From the NCBI GenBank assembly GCA_964641255.1, contig CAZXMM010000001.1, positions 246,973 through 310,972 on the forward strand: a stretch of DNA of 64,000 nt, read 5' to 3'. The notes beneath the pieces were generated by a model, which saw nothing but the letters and a program-made list of their open reading frames with translations, had not been told where the DNA came from and ran no database searches. Origin of the DNA: an uncultured Gammaproteobacteria bacterium (GTDB lineage: Bacteria > Patescibacteriota > Microgenomatia > JAMCZE01). Position numbers and translations under genes: made by a program. Positions within the stretch are counted from its first letter, which is position 1. Each line of letters opens with the position of its first letter. Below are positions 38,122 to 47,996 of this stretch, piece after piece.

Positions 38122-39141
38122 ATGAAGATTCTCCAAATTCCCCCATCTTACCGTCTTTCCAAGACCGCTATCCGATTGCTCTCGGAGATTGAGTCTAATA
38201 GTGCCGTTATCAGTGAAATTTCTCTTCCTCTCGAAGTAGAAAGAAATATTCGTCGTCAATCAGTATTAGGCAGTGCTTTGTTCTCAGCTCGTATAGAAGG
38301 AAACACCCTGACGAGAGCCGAGGTAGAAAATTTCACTAAGCTACCTAGAAAAGATCAGCAACAGGTTGAAGTGGAAAATCTTAGTCGGGTAATAGAGAGA
38401 ATTCTATCTCAATGGGCTAATCCCAACAAGAAAATAACCAAGACGGATCTTTTGGATTGGCAGGGGCAGGCGATGCGAAACATTTTGGATACAGAATTCT
38501 CAAGTAGCTTTAGAACTGGCCATGAAGGACTTTTTGATAGAGCCGGGACTCTTTATTATCATGCTCCCCCGCCAGCCTACATCCCCGCTCTTGTTGACGA
38601 GTTACTCCTCTTTGTAAATAGTAAAAAAGAAAAACTCGTTCCCGTTCGAGCTATTCTTGCCCATTTAGTCTTTGAAAAGATTCACCCTTTTGTTGATGGT
38701 AATGGTCGGGTAGGAAGACTTTTACAGCTCGCGATATTAACTAGGGGTGGCTATGCGATGAAAGGACTGGCAGTTATCGAAGAGGAAATTGAGAAACAGC
38801 GCCAGTTATACTACAGAGCTATTGAACGGAGCAATAATTCTGATGCGACCCCCTTTGTTATGCTAATGCTTGAGCTTATTCGTGACGCCTCCCTAAAAGC
38901 AAAGAAGACTCTTCTTGCCAAGAAAAATAATCCTTCCCAACTTGATGTCTTATCTCCCAGGCGTCAAGAGATTGTCCAAATGGTTTACGACCAACGACTT
39001 ATCTCGTTTGATTCTATTCATAGACGTTTTATCAGGATGAGTTCTCGGCAAATTGCCTACGATCTGGAGTTCTTAATAAAACGTGGCTATCTCACCAAGG
39101 TTGGCACTACCCGGGGAGCTCTCTATGCTCCAAAAGAATAA
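38122..39141 (+). CDS. fic: Fic-family adenylyltransferase (AMPylase), class II (internal inhibitory helix), with C-terminal winged-HTH-like domain
   Basis: Canonical Fic motif HPFVDGNGRVGR; inhibitory motif (S/T)xxxE(G/N) = SARIEGN about 140 aa upstream; C-terminal ~70 aa wHTH-like. Confidence 0.85.
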   Translation: MKILQIPPSYRLSKTAIRLLSEIESNSAVISEISLPLEVERNIRRQSVLGSALFSARIEGNTLTRAEVENFTKLPRKDQQQVEVENLSRVIERILSQWANPNKKITKTDLLDWQGQAMRNILDTEFSSSFRTGHEGLFDRAGTLYYHAPPPAYIPALVDELLLFVNSKKEKLVPVRAILAHLVFEKIHPFVDGNGRVGRLLQLAILTRGGYAMKGLAVIEEEIEKQRQLYYRAIERSNNSDATPFVMLMLELIRDASLKAKKTLLAKKNNPSQLDVLSPRRQEIVQMVYDQRLISFDSIHRRFIRMSSRQIAYDLEFLIKRGYLTKVGTTRGALYAPKE

Positions 39142-39159
39142 GTGTGCTAAGATAAGGGC

Positions 39160-40446
39160 GTGAATCGAGTAGTAAATACCCTAATCCAAACCTGGAACAC
39201 TCCAGAGCTGAGAAAGAAGATTATCTTCACTTTGGTCATCTTTTTTGTTTTTCGGCTGTTTGCTCATATTCCCGTTCCGGGAGTTGATTTGGTCAGTCTT
39301 AAAAATCTGTTTGCCCAAAATCAGTTTTTGGGTTTACTTGACATTTTTTCCGGGGGTACTTTGGCTAATTTTTCTGTCATGGCCTTAGGACTTAATCCGT
39401 ACATTAATGCCACCATTATTATGCAGCTCCTACAGATGGTAGTTCCAGAACTTGAGGCTCTGGCTAAAGAGGGAGAATCAGGGCGAATGAAAATTAATCA
39501 GTATTCTCGAATGATTACCGTGCCTTTGGCCGCCCTTCAGGCGCTAGGAACCTACGCTTTATTAAAAAATCAAAATATAATTGGGGCACTTGACCCACTG
39601 ACTCTAGTCTCTCTTATTCTTACATTGACAGCAGGAACACTGCTACTTATGTGGCTGGGTGAGCTCATTACTGAATACGGGATTGGTAACGGTATTTCTA
39701 TGTTGATCTTTGGTGGTATCGTCGGAAGGTTTCCGGTGCTTTTCGGTCAAACGGTATCTATCATTACTGGCGATCAACTCTTTAACATTATTATTTTTGG
39801 AGGGGTAGCACTGCTCGTTATAGCGGGAATTGTTATGGTCAATGAAGCCGCTAGACAAATTCCGGTAGTTTACGCTAGGCGGGTACGAGGCAACAAGATG
39901 TACGGTGGTCAGTCGACTTTTCTTCCCCTTCGGGTAAATCAAGCGGGAGTGATTCCGATTATCTTTGCTGTTTCTTTAGTTCTCTTACCTTCTCTCCTTG
40001 GTCAATATTTGGGGCAAATTCCCAATCCACTGGTGTCCCGAGTAGCTTTGGGACTAAGTAGTGCTTTCGATCCAAGAAGCTGGGTCTATAATGTCTTTTA
40101 TTTTCTACTGGTGATTGGTTTTACCTATTTTTATACAGCTATAACTTTTAACCCGGCCAAAATTGCAGAAGAAGTGCAAAAGCATGGTGGCTTTATTCCT
40201 GGTATTCGTCCAGGAACACCCACTACTCAGTATCTTAACTATATCTTGACCAGGATTACTCTAGCTGGAGCCGTCTTTTTAGGATTGGTGGCTGTTTTAC
40301 CCTCTCTTGTCCAGGGGGTCAGTAGTGTAGCTACACTAACTGTTGGTGGCACAGGAGTGTTAATTGTAGTTTCGGTGGTTTTAGAAACCACTAGACAATT
40401 TGAAACCATGCTAGTTACACGCAACTACGACAATTTTGCTCGATGA
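39160..40446 (+). CDS. secY: Preprotein translocase SecY
   Basis: 10 TM segments, SecY-like; conserved position after rplO. Confidence 0.95.
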   Translation: MNRVVNTLIQTWNTPELRKKIIFTLVIFFVFRLFAHIPVPGVDLVSLKNLFAQNQFLGLLDIFSGGTLANFSVMALGLNPYINATIIMQLLQMVVPELEALAKEGESGRMKINQYSRMITVPLAALQALGTYALLKNQNIIGALDPLTLVSLILTLTAGTLLLMWLGELITEYGIGNGISMLIFGGIVGRFPVLFGQTVSIITGDQLFNIIIFGGVALLVIAGIVMVNEAARQIPVVYARRVRGNKMYGGQSTFLPLRVNQAGVIPIIFAVSLVLLPSLLGQYLGQIPNPLVSRVALGLSSAFDPRSWVYNVFYFLLVIGFTYFYTAITFNPAKIAEEVQKHGGFIPGIRPGTPTTQYLNYILTRITLAGAVFLGLVAVLPSLVQGVSSVATLTVGGTGVLIVVSVVLETTRQFETMLVTRNYDNFAR

Positions 40447-41006
40447 ACCTAATAGTTCTTGGTCCTCCCGGCTCTGGTAAATCCACTCAGTCAAAGCTTC
40501 TTAGTGAATTCTTATCAGTTACCCATATTGTTTCTGGAGATATCGCTCGAGAGATAGCGACAGCCGATAACCCTCTTGGCTCTAAAGTTAAAAAAGATAT
40601 TAAAGACGGGCAGCTGATTCCCACCGAACTGTTGTTTCCCAAAATCAGTGGGGCAATTTTAGAAGCGGTTAAGAAGGGGGGCTTTGTCCTTGATGGCTAC
40701 CCCAGGGACCAAAAAGAAGCCCAAAGGCTGAGTTCTTTTTTGCAAGAAAAGAACATCGAGATTAAAAGTGTGATCGTTATAGTGGTAAGCGCGGCAAATA
40801 TTTTGGCCAGACTAGCCAAGCGGGCAGCGGTGGAAATGAGAAGTGATGACACCCCCTCGGCTATTAATGAACGCCTGGCAATTTATAACAACCAAACCCA
40901 AGAAGTGATTAGCAGCTTTAGGGGTCAGGGGTTAGTCAGAGAAGTAAACGGAGATGGGACAATTGCCAATGTTTGGACACAGGTAATTAGCCTAATTACT
41001 CCATGA
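40443..41006 (+). CDS. adk: Adenylate kinase (short form)
   Basis: [11 protein letters not shown]; 187 aa. Confidence 0.9.
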   Translation: MNLIVLGPPGSGKSTQSKLLSEFLSVTHIVSGDIAREIATADNPLGSKVKKDIKDGQLIPTELLFPKISGAILEAVKKGGFVLDGYPRDQKEAQRLSSFLQEKNIEIKSVIVIVVSAANILARLAKRAAVEMRSDDTPSAINERLAIYNNQTQEVISSFRGQGLVREVNGDGTIANVWTQVISLITP

Positions 41007-41779
41007 TCGCTATTTATTCCCCAAGTGACCACGACAAAATTCGCCTCTGTGGCAAAACTACGGCTGAGGCGATGCAAGCGGTTATAGCCGCCGCTAAAGC
41101 GGGGGTAACAACTTTGGAGCTCGATGCTTTAGCCGAGAAAGTGATTGTTGCTAGAGGGGCTAAGCCGTCTTTTAAAATGGAAAAGGATTATCTCTTTACC
41201 ACCTGTCTATGTGTTAACGATGCGGTAGTACACGCCATTCCCACTAACCGACCGCTAGAAGTTGGGGACAGGCTAGGAATTGATCTGGGTAGTTACCAGG
41301 GAGGCTTCCACACCGATGCTAGTTGGTCGATTATTGTAGGCTCAAAGACCAGCAGTAATCTTCCCCCCCCTCCCCAGCTAGTAAAGTTTCTAAGTGTCGG
41401 TGAGAGGGCTCTTAAAAAGGCAATTACTGCCTGCAGAGTGGGCAACCATATTGGAGATATTTCAGCAGCGATCCAAGAAACTATCGAGGGTGCGGGTTAT
41501 AGCTGTGTCAAACAGTTAGTAGGTCACGGGGTAGGAAGAATGCTTCACGAGGATCCAGAAATCCCCTGCTATGTGCGGGGGAAGATTGCGCAGACTCCGG
41601 AGATTAAAGCGGGAATGGTGTTAGCTCTCGAAGCTATCTATAATGCAGGAAGCTCACCCGTAGTTTACGATGACAGTGGAGACGGCTGGACGATCGTTAG
41701 TCGCGATGGCTCGGTTTCCGGACTCTTTGAACATACTGTGATCGTGACTGCCCGGGGGGCAGAAGTAGTCACAGCCTAA
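41003..41779 (+). CDS. map: Methionine aminopeptidase type I
   Basis: Metal-ligand pattern (D...D...H...E...E) and position after adk. Confidence 0.9.
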   Translation: MIAIYSPSDHDKIRLCGKTTAEAMQAVIAAAKAGVTTLELDALAEKVIVARGAKPSFKMEKDYLFTTCLCVNDAVVHAIPTNRPLEVGDRLGIDLGSYQGGFHTDASWSIIVGSKTSSNLPPPPQLVKFLSVGERALKKAITACRVGNHIGDISAAIQETIEGAGYSCVKQLVGHGVGRMLHEDPEIPCYVRGKIAQTPEIKAGMVLALEAIYNAGSSPVVYDDSGDGWTIVSRDGSVSGLFEHTVIVTARGAEVVTA

Positions 41780-41785
41780 GAAGGC

Positions 41786-41814
41786 TTGCGTGATCGCGCT
41801 CTCTCGCGTATAAT
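41786..41814 (+). promoter_or_regulatory. Sigma70-like promoter for infA: -35 TTGCGT, 17-nt spacer, -10 TATAAT
   Basis: Hexamers read directly. Confidence 0.55.
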
Positions 41815-41868
41815 AGTAATTAGTCTCAAGAACAACTCTTGGGTGGTCGTTTTGGCCACTTTTTCTTT

Positions 41869-42087
41869 ATGGCACATCAAGGAACAACAGAATTCGAGGG
41901 ACAAGTTCTTGAAAACTTGCCCAACGCGATGTTTAAAATTCAGCTGTCCGACGGACGAGTTGTACTGTGTGCTTTATCGGGGAAAATGCGACTACATTAT
42001 ATTAAGATTTTCCCCGGAGATAAGGTGAGAGTTGAGATGACAGCTTACGATGATAATCGAGGAAGAATAGTTTATCGAATGAAATAA
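41869..42087 (+). CDS. infA: Translation initiation factor IF-1
   Basis: S1-like OB fold [24 protein letters not shown]...; start at MAHQG (ATG at 41869). Confidence 0.9.
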   Translation: MAHQGTTEFEGQVLENLPNAMFKIQLSDGRVVLCALSGKMRLHYIKIFPGDKVRVEMTAYDDNRGRIVYRMK

Positions 42088-42088
42088 C

Positions 42089-42202
42089 ATGAAAGTTCAA
42101 GCTAGTGTTAAGCCCAGATGTGCCAAATGCAAAACCATTCGTCGAAAGGGACGAGTTTATGTAATTTGCGATAACCCTCGACATAAGCAGAGGCAGGGAT
42201 AA
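42089..42202 (+). CDS. rpmJ: 50S ribosomal protein L36 (zinc ribbon)
   Basis: Translated by hand: [37 protein letters not shown]; below the ORF-track size cutoff. Confidence 0.9.
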   Translation: MKVQASVKPRCAKCKTIRRKGRVYVICDNPRHKQRQG

Positions 42203-42216
42203 ATTTAAGATTTTAT

Positions 42217-42630
42217 ATGCCACGTATTGCTGGACTAGATTTAGATAATAACAAGCGAGTGGATATTGCTCTTACCAAGCTCTACGGTGTTGGTCGACAC
42301 AACGTAGTGTCTTTATTAGTCAAAGCTGAAGTGATGGCTGCCAAAAGAGTTAAAGATTTGACCGATGAAGAAATCAACCGGATACAAAAGATCGTGGATA
42401 CCTCTCCGGTGGAGGGGGAGCTAAGATCTGTTGTTCACGGTAACATCGCGGTTTTAAAACAAATTGGTAGTTATCGAGGAAACCGTCACACTAGAGGTTT
42501 GCCAGTCCGTGGTCAGCGAACCAAATCAAACGCCAGGACCAAAAGAGGTAAGCGCGTTACTATCGGCGCTATTCGCAAAGAGTTAGCTGATAAAACCGCC
42601 GGAACACCCAAGGTAGAAGAAAAAAAGTAG
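42217..42630 (+). CDS. rpsM: 30S ribosomal protein S13
   Basis: MPRIAGLDLDNNKRVDIALTKLYGVG... Confidence 0.95.
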   Translation: MPRIAGLDLDNNKRVDIALTKLYGVGRHNVVSLLVKAEVMAAKRVKDLTDEEINRIQKIVDTSPVEGELRSVVHGNIAVLKQIGSYRGNRHTRGLPVRGQRTKSNARTKRGKRVTIGAIRKELADKTAGTPKVEEKK

Positions 42631-42646
42631 TTAGCAAATTTGATTT

Positions 42647-43045
42647 ATGCCAGAAGAAGCAAAACCCGCCGCGGTAAAAAAAATTCGCAATAAACGCGAT
42701 GTGAGTAATGGTCGGGTGTATGTTACGGCAACCTTTAATAACACCTTAGTAACAATCACCGATGCAGTTGGTAATACACTTTTAACTAGTAGTTCTGGTG
42801 CTGCTGGCTTTAAAGGAGCGAGAAAATCTACTCCTTTTGCTGCTACAACTGCAGTGGAAATTGTTGGCCGGAAAGCGATGGAACTGGGTATGCGGGATGT
42901 TGAAATTTACATTAAGGGTCCGGGGGCCGGGAGAGATGCTACCTTAAGAGCCTTAAAGACACTAGGCTTTAACATAACTCTCATTGCTGATGTGACTCCC
43001 ATCCCTCACAATGGGCCTCGTCCCAAGAAGAAGAGGCGAGTTTAA
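42647..43045 (+). CDS. rpsK: 30S ribosomal protein S11
   Basis: S11-like 132 aa. Confidence 0.95.
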   Translation: MPEEAKPAAVKKIRNKRDVSNGRVYVTATFNNTLVTITDAVGNTLLTSSSGAAGFKGARKSTPFAATTAVEIVGRKAMELGMRDVEIYIKGPGAGRDATLRALKTLGFNITLIADVTPIPHNGPRPKKKRRV

Positions 43046-43058
43046 CAAGGAGAAGTTT

Positions 43059-43667
43059 ATGGCAAAATACAATGGACCAAAACATCGTTTAGCTCGCCGC
43101 GAAGCGACTAATATCTTTGAAAAAGGCAGCAGCGCTTTACAGAGGAGACTTAATGTCCCCCCTGGTGTTCATGGGCCAAAAGGTAGAAAAGGTAAAGTAT
43201 CTGACTTTGGTCGAGAGTTGCGAGAGAAACAAAAAGCCAAGCGGTCTTATGGATTACTCGAGAAGCAGTTCCGTCGCTATTTTGATAAAGCTACTAAAGT
43301 TCGGGGCAAAACTGGCGAGGCCTTGCTTCAGGCGCTGGAAAGGCGCTTAGATAATACCGTCTATCGACTCGGTTTTACCACCTCTCGAACCATGGCTAGA
43401 CAATTAGTTTCTCATGGACATGTACAAGTTAATGGTCATAAGGTAACTATTCCCTCGTATGCTTTAAAGATTGATGAGGTAGTGAGTCTGTCTACGAAGG
43501 CCATGGAAATTCCAGCAGTCAAAAAATTATTATCGCAAGAAGAAACCAAGATCCCTAGCTATTATGAGCGCAAAGCGGCAGCAGGTAGACTAATTAGGAT
43601 TCCTGTACGGGAAGAAATTCCCACCGAAGTCAACGAACAGTTAATTATTGAATATTATTCAAGATAG
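43059..43667 (+). CDS. rpsD: 30S ribosomal protein S4
   Basis: MAKYNGPKHRLARRE...; start at ATG 43059 rather than 43011. Confidence 0.93.
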   Translation: MAKYNGPKHRLARREATNIFEKGSSALQRRLNVPPGVHGPKGRKGKVSDFGRELREKQKAKRSYGLLEKQFRRYFDKATKVRGKTGEALLQALERRLDNTVYRLGFTTSRTMARQLVSHGHVQVNGHKVTIPSYALKIDEVVSLSTKAMEIPAVKKLLSQEETKIPSYYERKAAAGRLIRIPVREEIPTEVNEQLIIEYYSR

Positions 43668-43728
43668 CGTTAACTTTTTAAAAAAACCAGACGGCCTTTT
43701 TTTAAAGAGTTAAGCAAGAAAGAATTAT

Positions 43729-44652
43729 ATGTTTGAACCAAGTTTCAAGGTCAAGGTGGACCAACAGACAGAAACCTACGGAAGGTTTGTTATTGAACCA
43801 CTAGAGACGGGCTATGCTCACACTCTAGGTAACGCTCTGAGGCGAGTGTTGTTGTCCTCATTTCCTGGGGCAGCAGTAACTAGCATTACAATCGACGGTG
43901 TTAAACACCAGTTTCAAACCCTGGAAGGTTTAAGAGAGGATGTAGTCGAGTTTGTTCTCAATGTTAAAAAGCTACGGGTACGACTTCTCTCTGGTGATAC
44001 AGCCGTAATTACTCTAAAAGCTAGTGGACCGGGAGCTGTCACCGCTGCTTCTATTGAAGAGAGTTCTGACGTGGAAGTGGTTAACAAAGATCTCTACTTG
44101 GGGACACTAGCTGACAAAAAGTCGACTATTACCGCCCAGCTGACCGTAGGAAAGGGCTACGGCTATAGCTTTGGAGAAGAGCGGAAAAATGATTCTGCGG
44201 TGGGAATTATCCCCCTAGATGCGGTTTTTACACCAATAGTACGAGTCAATTTCAGTCAGGAGGCAACTCGGGTGGGGCGACAGACTAATTTCGACCGATT
44301 AATTATGGAAATTTGGACTGACGGAACGATTAGTCCGGCAGATAGTCTGAAAATGGCGGCTAGGACGCTTGTTAGCTATTTTGCTCAAGTTTATGAGCCA
44401 AAAGCTGAAGAGGGAGGAGTAAGTGTTAGTATAAGTTCATCCGTTTCGGACGATGTCTTAAAAATGTTGGTCGAGGAGTTGGATTTGCCAACTCGTTTGG
44501 AGAATGCGCTAAAAAATGGCAATATCGAAACTGTGGGCCAGTTACTTTCTACTCCGCGCAAGGAATTGATGAAAATCAAAAACCTTGGTGGTAAGTCTCT
44601 CTCAATCGTCGAAGACAAACTTCGCGAAAAGGGCGTGACTTTAACAATCTAA
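43729..44652 (+). CDS. rpoA: DNA-directed RNA polymerase alpha subunit
   Basis: N-terminal dimerisation domain plus C-terminal alpha-CTD-like domain; 307 aa. Confidence 0.95.
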   Translation: MFEPSFKVKVDQQTETYGRFVIEPLETGYAHTLGNALRRVLLSSFPGAAVTSITIDGVKHQFQTLEGLREDVVEFVLNVKKLRVRLLSGDTAVITLKASGPGAVTAASIEESSDVEVVNKDLYLGTLADKKSTITAQLTVGKGYGYSFGEERKNDSAVGIIPLDAVFTPIVRVNFSQEATRVGRQTNFDRLIMEIWTDGTISPADSLKMAARTLVSYFAQVYEPKAEEGGVSVSISSSVSDDVLKMLVEELDLPTRLENALKNGNIETVGQLLSTPRKELMKIKNLGGKSLSIVEDKLREKGVTLTI

Positions 44653-44656
44653 TAGT

Positions 44657-45133
44657 ATGCGTCACCGTGTTGCCGGTAATAAATTAGGCAGACGAACCAA
44701 CGTCGTTAAGGCGCTCTATAGAAGTATTGTCTTTGAGTTGTTCGAACATGGTCGGATTGAAACTACCGTTGCTAAGGCGAAAGCGATTCGTGGAATGGTT
44801 GATAAACTGGTGACTCTTGGTAAAAGTGATTCACCAAACAACCGCAGAATGATTGCAAAGATCATGGGCCACGAACATCTTTTAGATCGTATCTTTAAGG
44901 AAGTATCACCCGCTCTTATTAGCAGAAATTCTGGCTTTACTCGCATCATTCGGACTGGGAAGAGACTGTCAGATACTGCCGAGATGGGGATTCTCGAGTT
45001 TGTTGAACCTATTGCTACCAAAGCACCGGCGGTTAAGGCCGAAGTGGTTAACACTGAAGTAGAACCAGCAGTAGAAACCAAGAAGGTAGTACCAAAGGCA
45101 AAGAAGAAGATAGCAGCTAAAAAGAAAGCCTAG
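44657..45133 (+). CDS. rplQ: 50S ribosomal protein L17, with Lys/Ala-rich C-terminal tail
   Basis: MRHRVAGNKLGRRTN... Confidence 0.93.
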   Translation: MRHRVAGNKLGRRTNVVKALYRSIVFELFEHGRIETTVAKAKAIRGMVDKLVTLGKSDSPNNRRMIAKIMGHEHLLDRIFKEVSPALISRNSGFTRIIRTGKRLSDTAEMGILEFVEPIATKAPAVKAEVVNTEVEPAVETKKVVPKAKKKIAAKKKA

Positions 45134-45147
45134 TTTAAAGAAGCTAT

Positions 45148-45522
45148 ATGAAGAGTACTAAAGTATCTGACATCGCTCACAACAAACACCAGCTTGACGC
45201 TAAAGGCGCTATCTTGGGTCGTCTTGCGAGTAAGGCTGCCCAGCTATTAGTAGGCAAAAGTAAGCCGTATTTCGTCCGCCATCTTGACTGTGGGGATTTT
45301 GTCACGATAATAAACGCTAAAGACATTAAGGTTACTGGCAACAAAGAAAGTCAAAAAACCTACGGACACTATTCTGGATATCCAGGAGGACTCAAAGTTA
45401 AACCCCTGAAAAAGATTCGTGAGGAGAATCCTGCCGAAATACTAACACACGCGATTTCGGGAATGCTTCCTAATAACAAACTGCGCGATCAATGGATGAA
45501 AAGACTTATTGTGATAGCTTAA
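45148..45522 (+). CDS. rplM: 50S ribosomal protein L13
   Basis: LGRLASKAAQLL...; placed directly after rplQ. Confidence 0.9.
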   Translation: MKSTKVSDIAHNKHQLDAKGAILGRLASKAAQLLVGKSKPYFVRHLDCGDFVTIINAKDIKVTGNKESQKTYGHYSGYPGGLKVKPLKKIREENPAEILTHAISGMLPNNKLRDQWMKRLIVIA

Positions 45523-45529
45523 AAAATCT

Positions 45530-46057
45530 ATGGCAAAAGAAAAAAAGACCATTGTTAAAAAAGAAAAAAAGGAAACTCCTGTCGTCACCGAAGAAATGGC
45601 AGTAGCTCCCGCCACCGAAAACAAAGCCAATAATAAAGGATTCTTTTATGGTTTTGGACGCAGGAAAACAGCTACAGCTAGAGCTCGACTCTATCTTCCC
45701 ACAGAAGAAATCGTTATTAATGGCACTAAATTAAATCGCGGAGATATCTACGTCAATAATCAACCAATTGATGTGTATTTCAATGATCGTTTCACCAAAG
45801 CTATCTACACGGAAGTCTACAGAACTACGAATACTGTAGGACGTTTCATCACTACGATCGTGGTCAGTGGATCTGGAGCCACCGGACAAAGTGGAGCGGC
45901 AGTACTGGCTATCTCTCGGGCTCTTTGTGCTGTTGATCCTAAATTTAAAGCTACTCTTCGTAAAAAAGGATTCATGACCCGCGATCCCCGAATGAAGGAG
46001 CGCAAAAAGCCCGGTCTGATGGGCGCGCGCAAGCAGAAATCTTCACCAAAGCGCTAA
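45530..46057 (+). CDS. rpsI: 30S ribosomal protein S9, with Lys/Glu-rich N-terminal extension
   Basis: GFGRRKTATARARL ... KKPGLMGARKQKSSPKR. Confidence 0.93.
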   Translation: MAKEKKTIVKKEKKETPVVTEEMAVAPATENKANNKGFFYGFGRRKTATARARLYLPTEEIVINGTKLNRGDIYVNNQPIDVYFNDRFTKAIYTEVYRTTNTVGRFITTIVVSGSGATGQSGAAVLAISRALCAVDPKFKATLRKKGFMTRDPRMKERKKPGLMGARKQKSSPKR

Positions 46058-46065
46058 GCCGATAC

Positions 46066-46722
46066 TTAACTGAGTGAGAGTTTTGCATGTGCAAAGATTC
46101 TATTCAATAAGTTATAGCCAGCAACCATTGAAGGGATCACATTTGAATTCTCTTCGTCAACCTTATCTGTGTCTACCCCATAGTGATGGGCTTCAGCTGT
46201 TCGACAGGCATTGTTAAGATCCTCCACTATTTGTAAATCATTTTTAGGGAATATATTTTCTATGCTCACATTGATCCGCTTTCTAAAAGCATTCAATTTC
46301 TTATCGGATTTGTCGAAGGAATCGTATTGGGGATTATTAAAAAGATAAATTAATAAATGAAAAATCTTGTCATAGTCTGCCCTTATTCTAAGGGAAAGAT
46401 TAAATAATAATTCTTTACGCTTCAGAATGAGCCAACATCGACTACTTGCCTTGAGTTTGGAAAACTCAGGGCTATTAATGAGTTGGTTACTAGCACTGAA
46501 TAAAACAATGTCTTTTCTTATAAGGTAAAAGTTTATAACACTATCAAAAAATATATTAGCGAGCCTCCTATCGGTCGCTAAATATTGACTGTATGTAGCT
46601 TGAGTTTTATTAGAAAAGAAATCGTCAATTACTGGATTAAAACCGAATTCGGGGTATTTTATAACGGTTTCAGTCTTAAGAAACTCTGCAAGATTACTTA
46701 GTAGAAGCTCTTTATCAATCAT
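46066..46722 (-). CDS. Hypothetical AT-rich orphan protein with a possible HEPN-like Rx4H motif; candidate Abi/defence-type RNase
   Basis: 218 aa; conspicuously lower GC than its neighbours; CRTAEAHHYG fits R-x4-H; starts 21 nt downstream of tRNA-Pro on the same strand; convergent with rpsI (8-nt gap). Confidence 0.35.
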   Translation of the reverse strand: MIDKELLLSNLAEFLKTETVIKYPEFGFNPVIDDFFSNKTQATYSQYLATDRRLANIFFDSVINFYLIRKDIVLFSASNQLINSPEFSKLKASSRCWLILKRKELLFNLSLRIRADYDKIFHLLIYLFNNPQYDSFDKSDKKLNAFRKRINVSIENIFPKNDLQIVEDLNNACRTAEAHHYGVDTDKVDEENSNVIPSMVAGYNLLNRIFAHAKLSLS

Positions 46723-46743
46723 TTATGAATTTGTTTCAAAACT

Positions 46744-46818
46744 TGGTCGGGGCGAGAGGAATTGAACCTCCCACTTCTCGGACCCCATCCGAGCGGTCTA
46801 CCGATGACCTACGCCCCG
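46744..46818 (-). tRNA. tRNA-Pro (anticodon GGG), CCA encoded
   Basis: Hand-folded 75-nt cloverleaf: acceptor CGGGGCG/CGCCCCG with C1:G72, D-stem GGTC/GACC, anticodon stem CTCGG/CCGAG, loop AUGGGGU, G37, T-loop TTCAATT, discriminator A plus CCA. Confidence 0.85.
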
Positions 46819-46832
46819 TAACACAGTAATTT

Positions 46833-46845
46833 TATCATAATGATA
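46833..46845. promoter_or_regulatory. Inverted repeat TATCAT-a-ATGATA in the divergent tRNA-Pro/recA promoter region; extra TTATCAT half-site at 46863-46869; candidate operator
   Basis: Read directly; lies between the -35 and -10 of the minus-strand tRNA promoter and about 25 nt upstream of the recA -35. Confidence 0.35.
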
Positions 46846-46868
46846 GTGTATTGATACAGTTTTTATCA

Positions 46869-46897
46869 TTGACACGTTATCCCATAAAAGGTTTAAT
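46869..46897 (+). promoter_or_regulatory. Sigma70-like promoter for recA: -35 TTGACA, 17-nt spacer, -10 TTTAAT
   Basis: Hexamers read directly. Confidence 0.5.
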
Positions 46898-46907
46898 GCG
46901 GCTATCT

Positions 46908-47996
46908 ATGGCAAAGCAAAAAGTCACAACAGATACTGCTCCCGCCCCATCTTCTGATAATAGTCCTAAGACATCCGCGATTCGGCTGGCGATGGAACAG
47001 ATTGAAAAACAATACGGCAAAGGTTCGATCATGAAGATGAACGAAGCCGCCTCTCGCATGAATACTGAAGTTATTTCCACCGGGGTTCTTCCTCTCGATC
47101 TTGCCTTGGGAGTCGGAGGTCTGCCAAGGGGAAGAATCATCGAAATTTACGGGCCGGAAGCCTCTGGGAAAACCAGTGTCATGCTTTCGGTCATTGCCCA
47201 GGCACAAAAAGCGGGAGGGGTAGCCGCCTTTATTGATGCGGAGCACGCACTTGACCCGGTATGGGCAGCGAAGCTGGGAGTGGATCTTAATGAGCTGCTC
47301 ATCTCGCAACCAGATACGGGAGAACAGGCGTTAGAGATTGCTGAACGTTTGATTAGTTCAGCAGCTATTGATGTTATTGTCATCGACTCTGTTGCAGCCC
47401 TTGTTCCTAAAGCGGAAATTGAAGGGGAAATGGGTGATTCCATGATGGGACTACAAGCCAGACTCATGTCTCAAGCCTTGCGCAAATTAACTGGGGTCAT
47501 TAACAAATCCAAAACAGTAGTGATCTTTACCAATCAACTCCGCCAAAAAATTGGGGTGATGTTTGGTAATCCCGAAACTACCCCTGGGGGTCTGGCAATG
47601 AAATTTTATGCATCAGTTCGTTTGGACATTCGCAAGATCGAACAACTTAAAGATGGAGATGTTTCCATTGGGAGTCGGCACCGCGTTAAAGTAGTGAAGA
47701 ACAAAGTGGCCCCACCTTTCCGGGTAGCTGAATTTAACATTTATTCTGCTACCGGCATTTCCTACGAAGACGGTCTGATTGACGTCGGAGTGGAACTGGG
47801 TGTCATTACCAAATCAGGAGCGTTCCTGCGCTATAAAGAAGAGATGTTAGGCCAAGGTAGAGAAGCCGCCAGGCAATATTTGCAGGAAAACCCCAGTACC
47901 GCCAAATTAATTGAAAAAGAGATCATGGCAATGGCCAAGGCAGGAGAAACTGCGGAAAAAGTAGTGCTAGGGGAAGAAGAGGATAAAGAAGAATAG
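46908..47996 (+). CDS. recA: Recombinase RecA
   Basis: GPEASGKTS Walker A, RecA-like throughout; start at MAKQKV (ATG 46908). Confidence 0.95.
   Translation: MAKQKVTTDTAPAPSSDNSPKTSAIRLAMEQIEKQYGKGSIMKMNEAASRMNTEVISTGVLPLDLALGVGGLPRGRIIEIYGPEASGKTSVMLSVIAQAQKAGGVAAFIDAEHALDPVWAAKLGVDLNELLISQPDTGEQALEIAERLISSAAIDVIVIDSVAALVPKAEIEGEMGDSMMGLQARLMSQALRKLTGVINKSKTVVIFTNQLRQKIGVMFGNPETTPGGLAMKFYASVRLDIRKIEQLKDGDVSIGSRHRVKVVKNKVAPPFRVAEFNIYSATGISYEDGLIDVGVELGVITKSGAFLRYKEEMLGQGREAARQYLQENPSTAKLIEKEIMAMAKAGETAEKVVLGEEEDKEE

Noticed and set aside
41786-42087. 80-aa ORF at 41786 and the longer infA start at 41839
   Set aside because: IF-1 homology begins at [11 protein letters not shown] (41869). The upstream extension is hydrophobic junk overlapping the promoter, and the 80-aa ORF is in another frame over infA.
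43668-43728. A/T-rich stretch between rpsD and rpoA as a terminator
   Set aside because: No stable stem can be formed around the T-run (AAAAAACCAGACGGCCTTTTTTT has no complementary arm). It is more likely just an AT-rich spacer or promoter.
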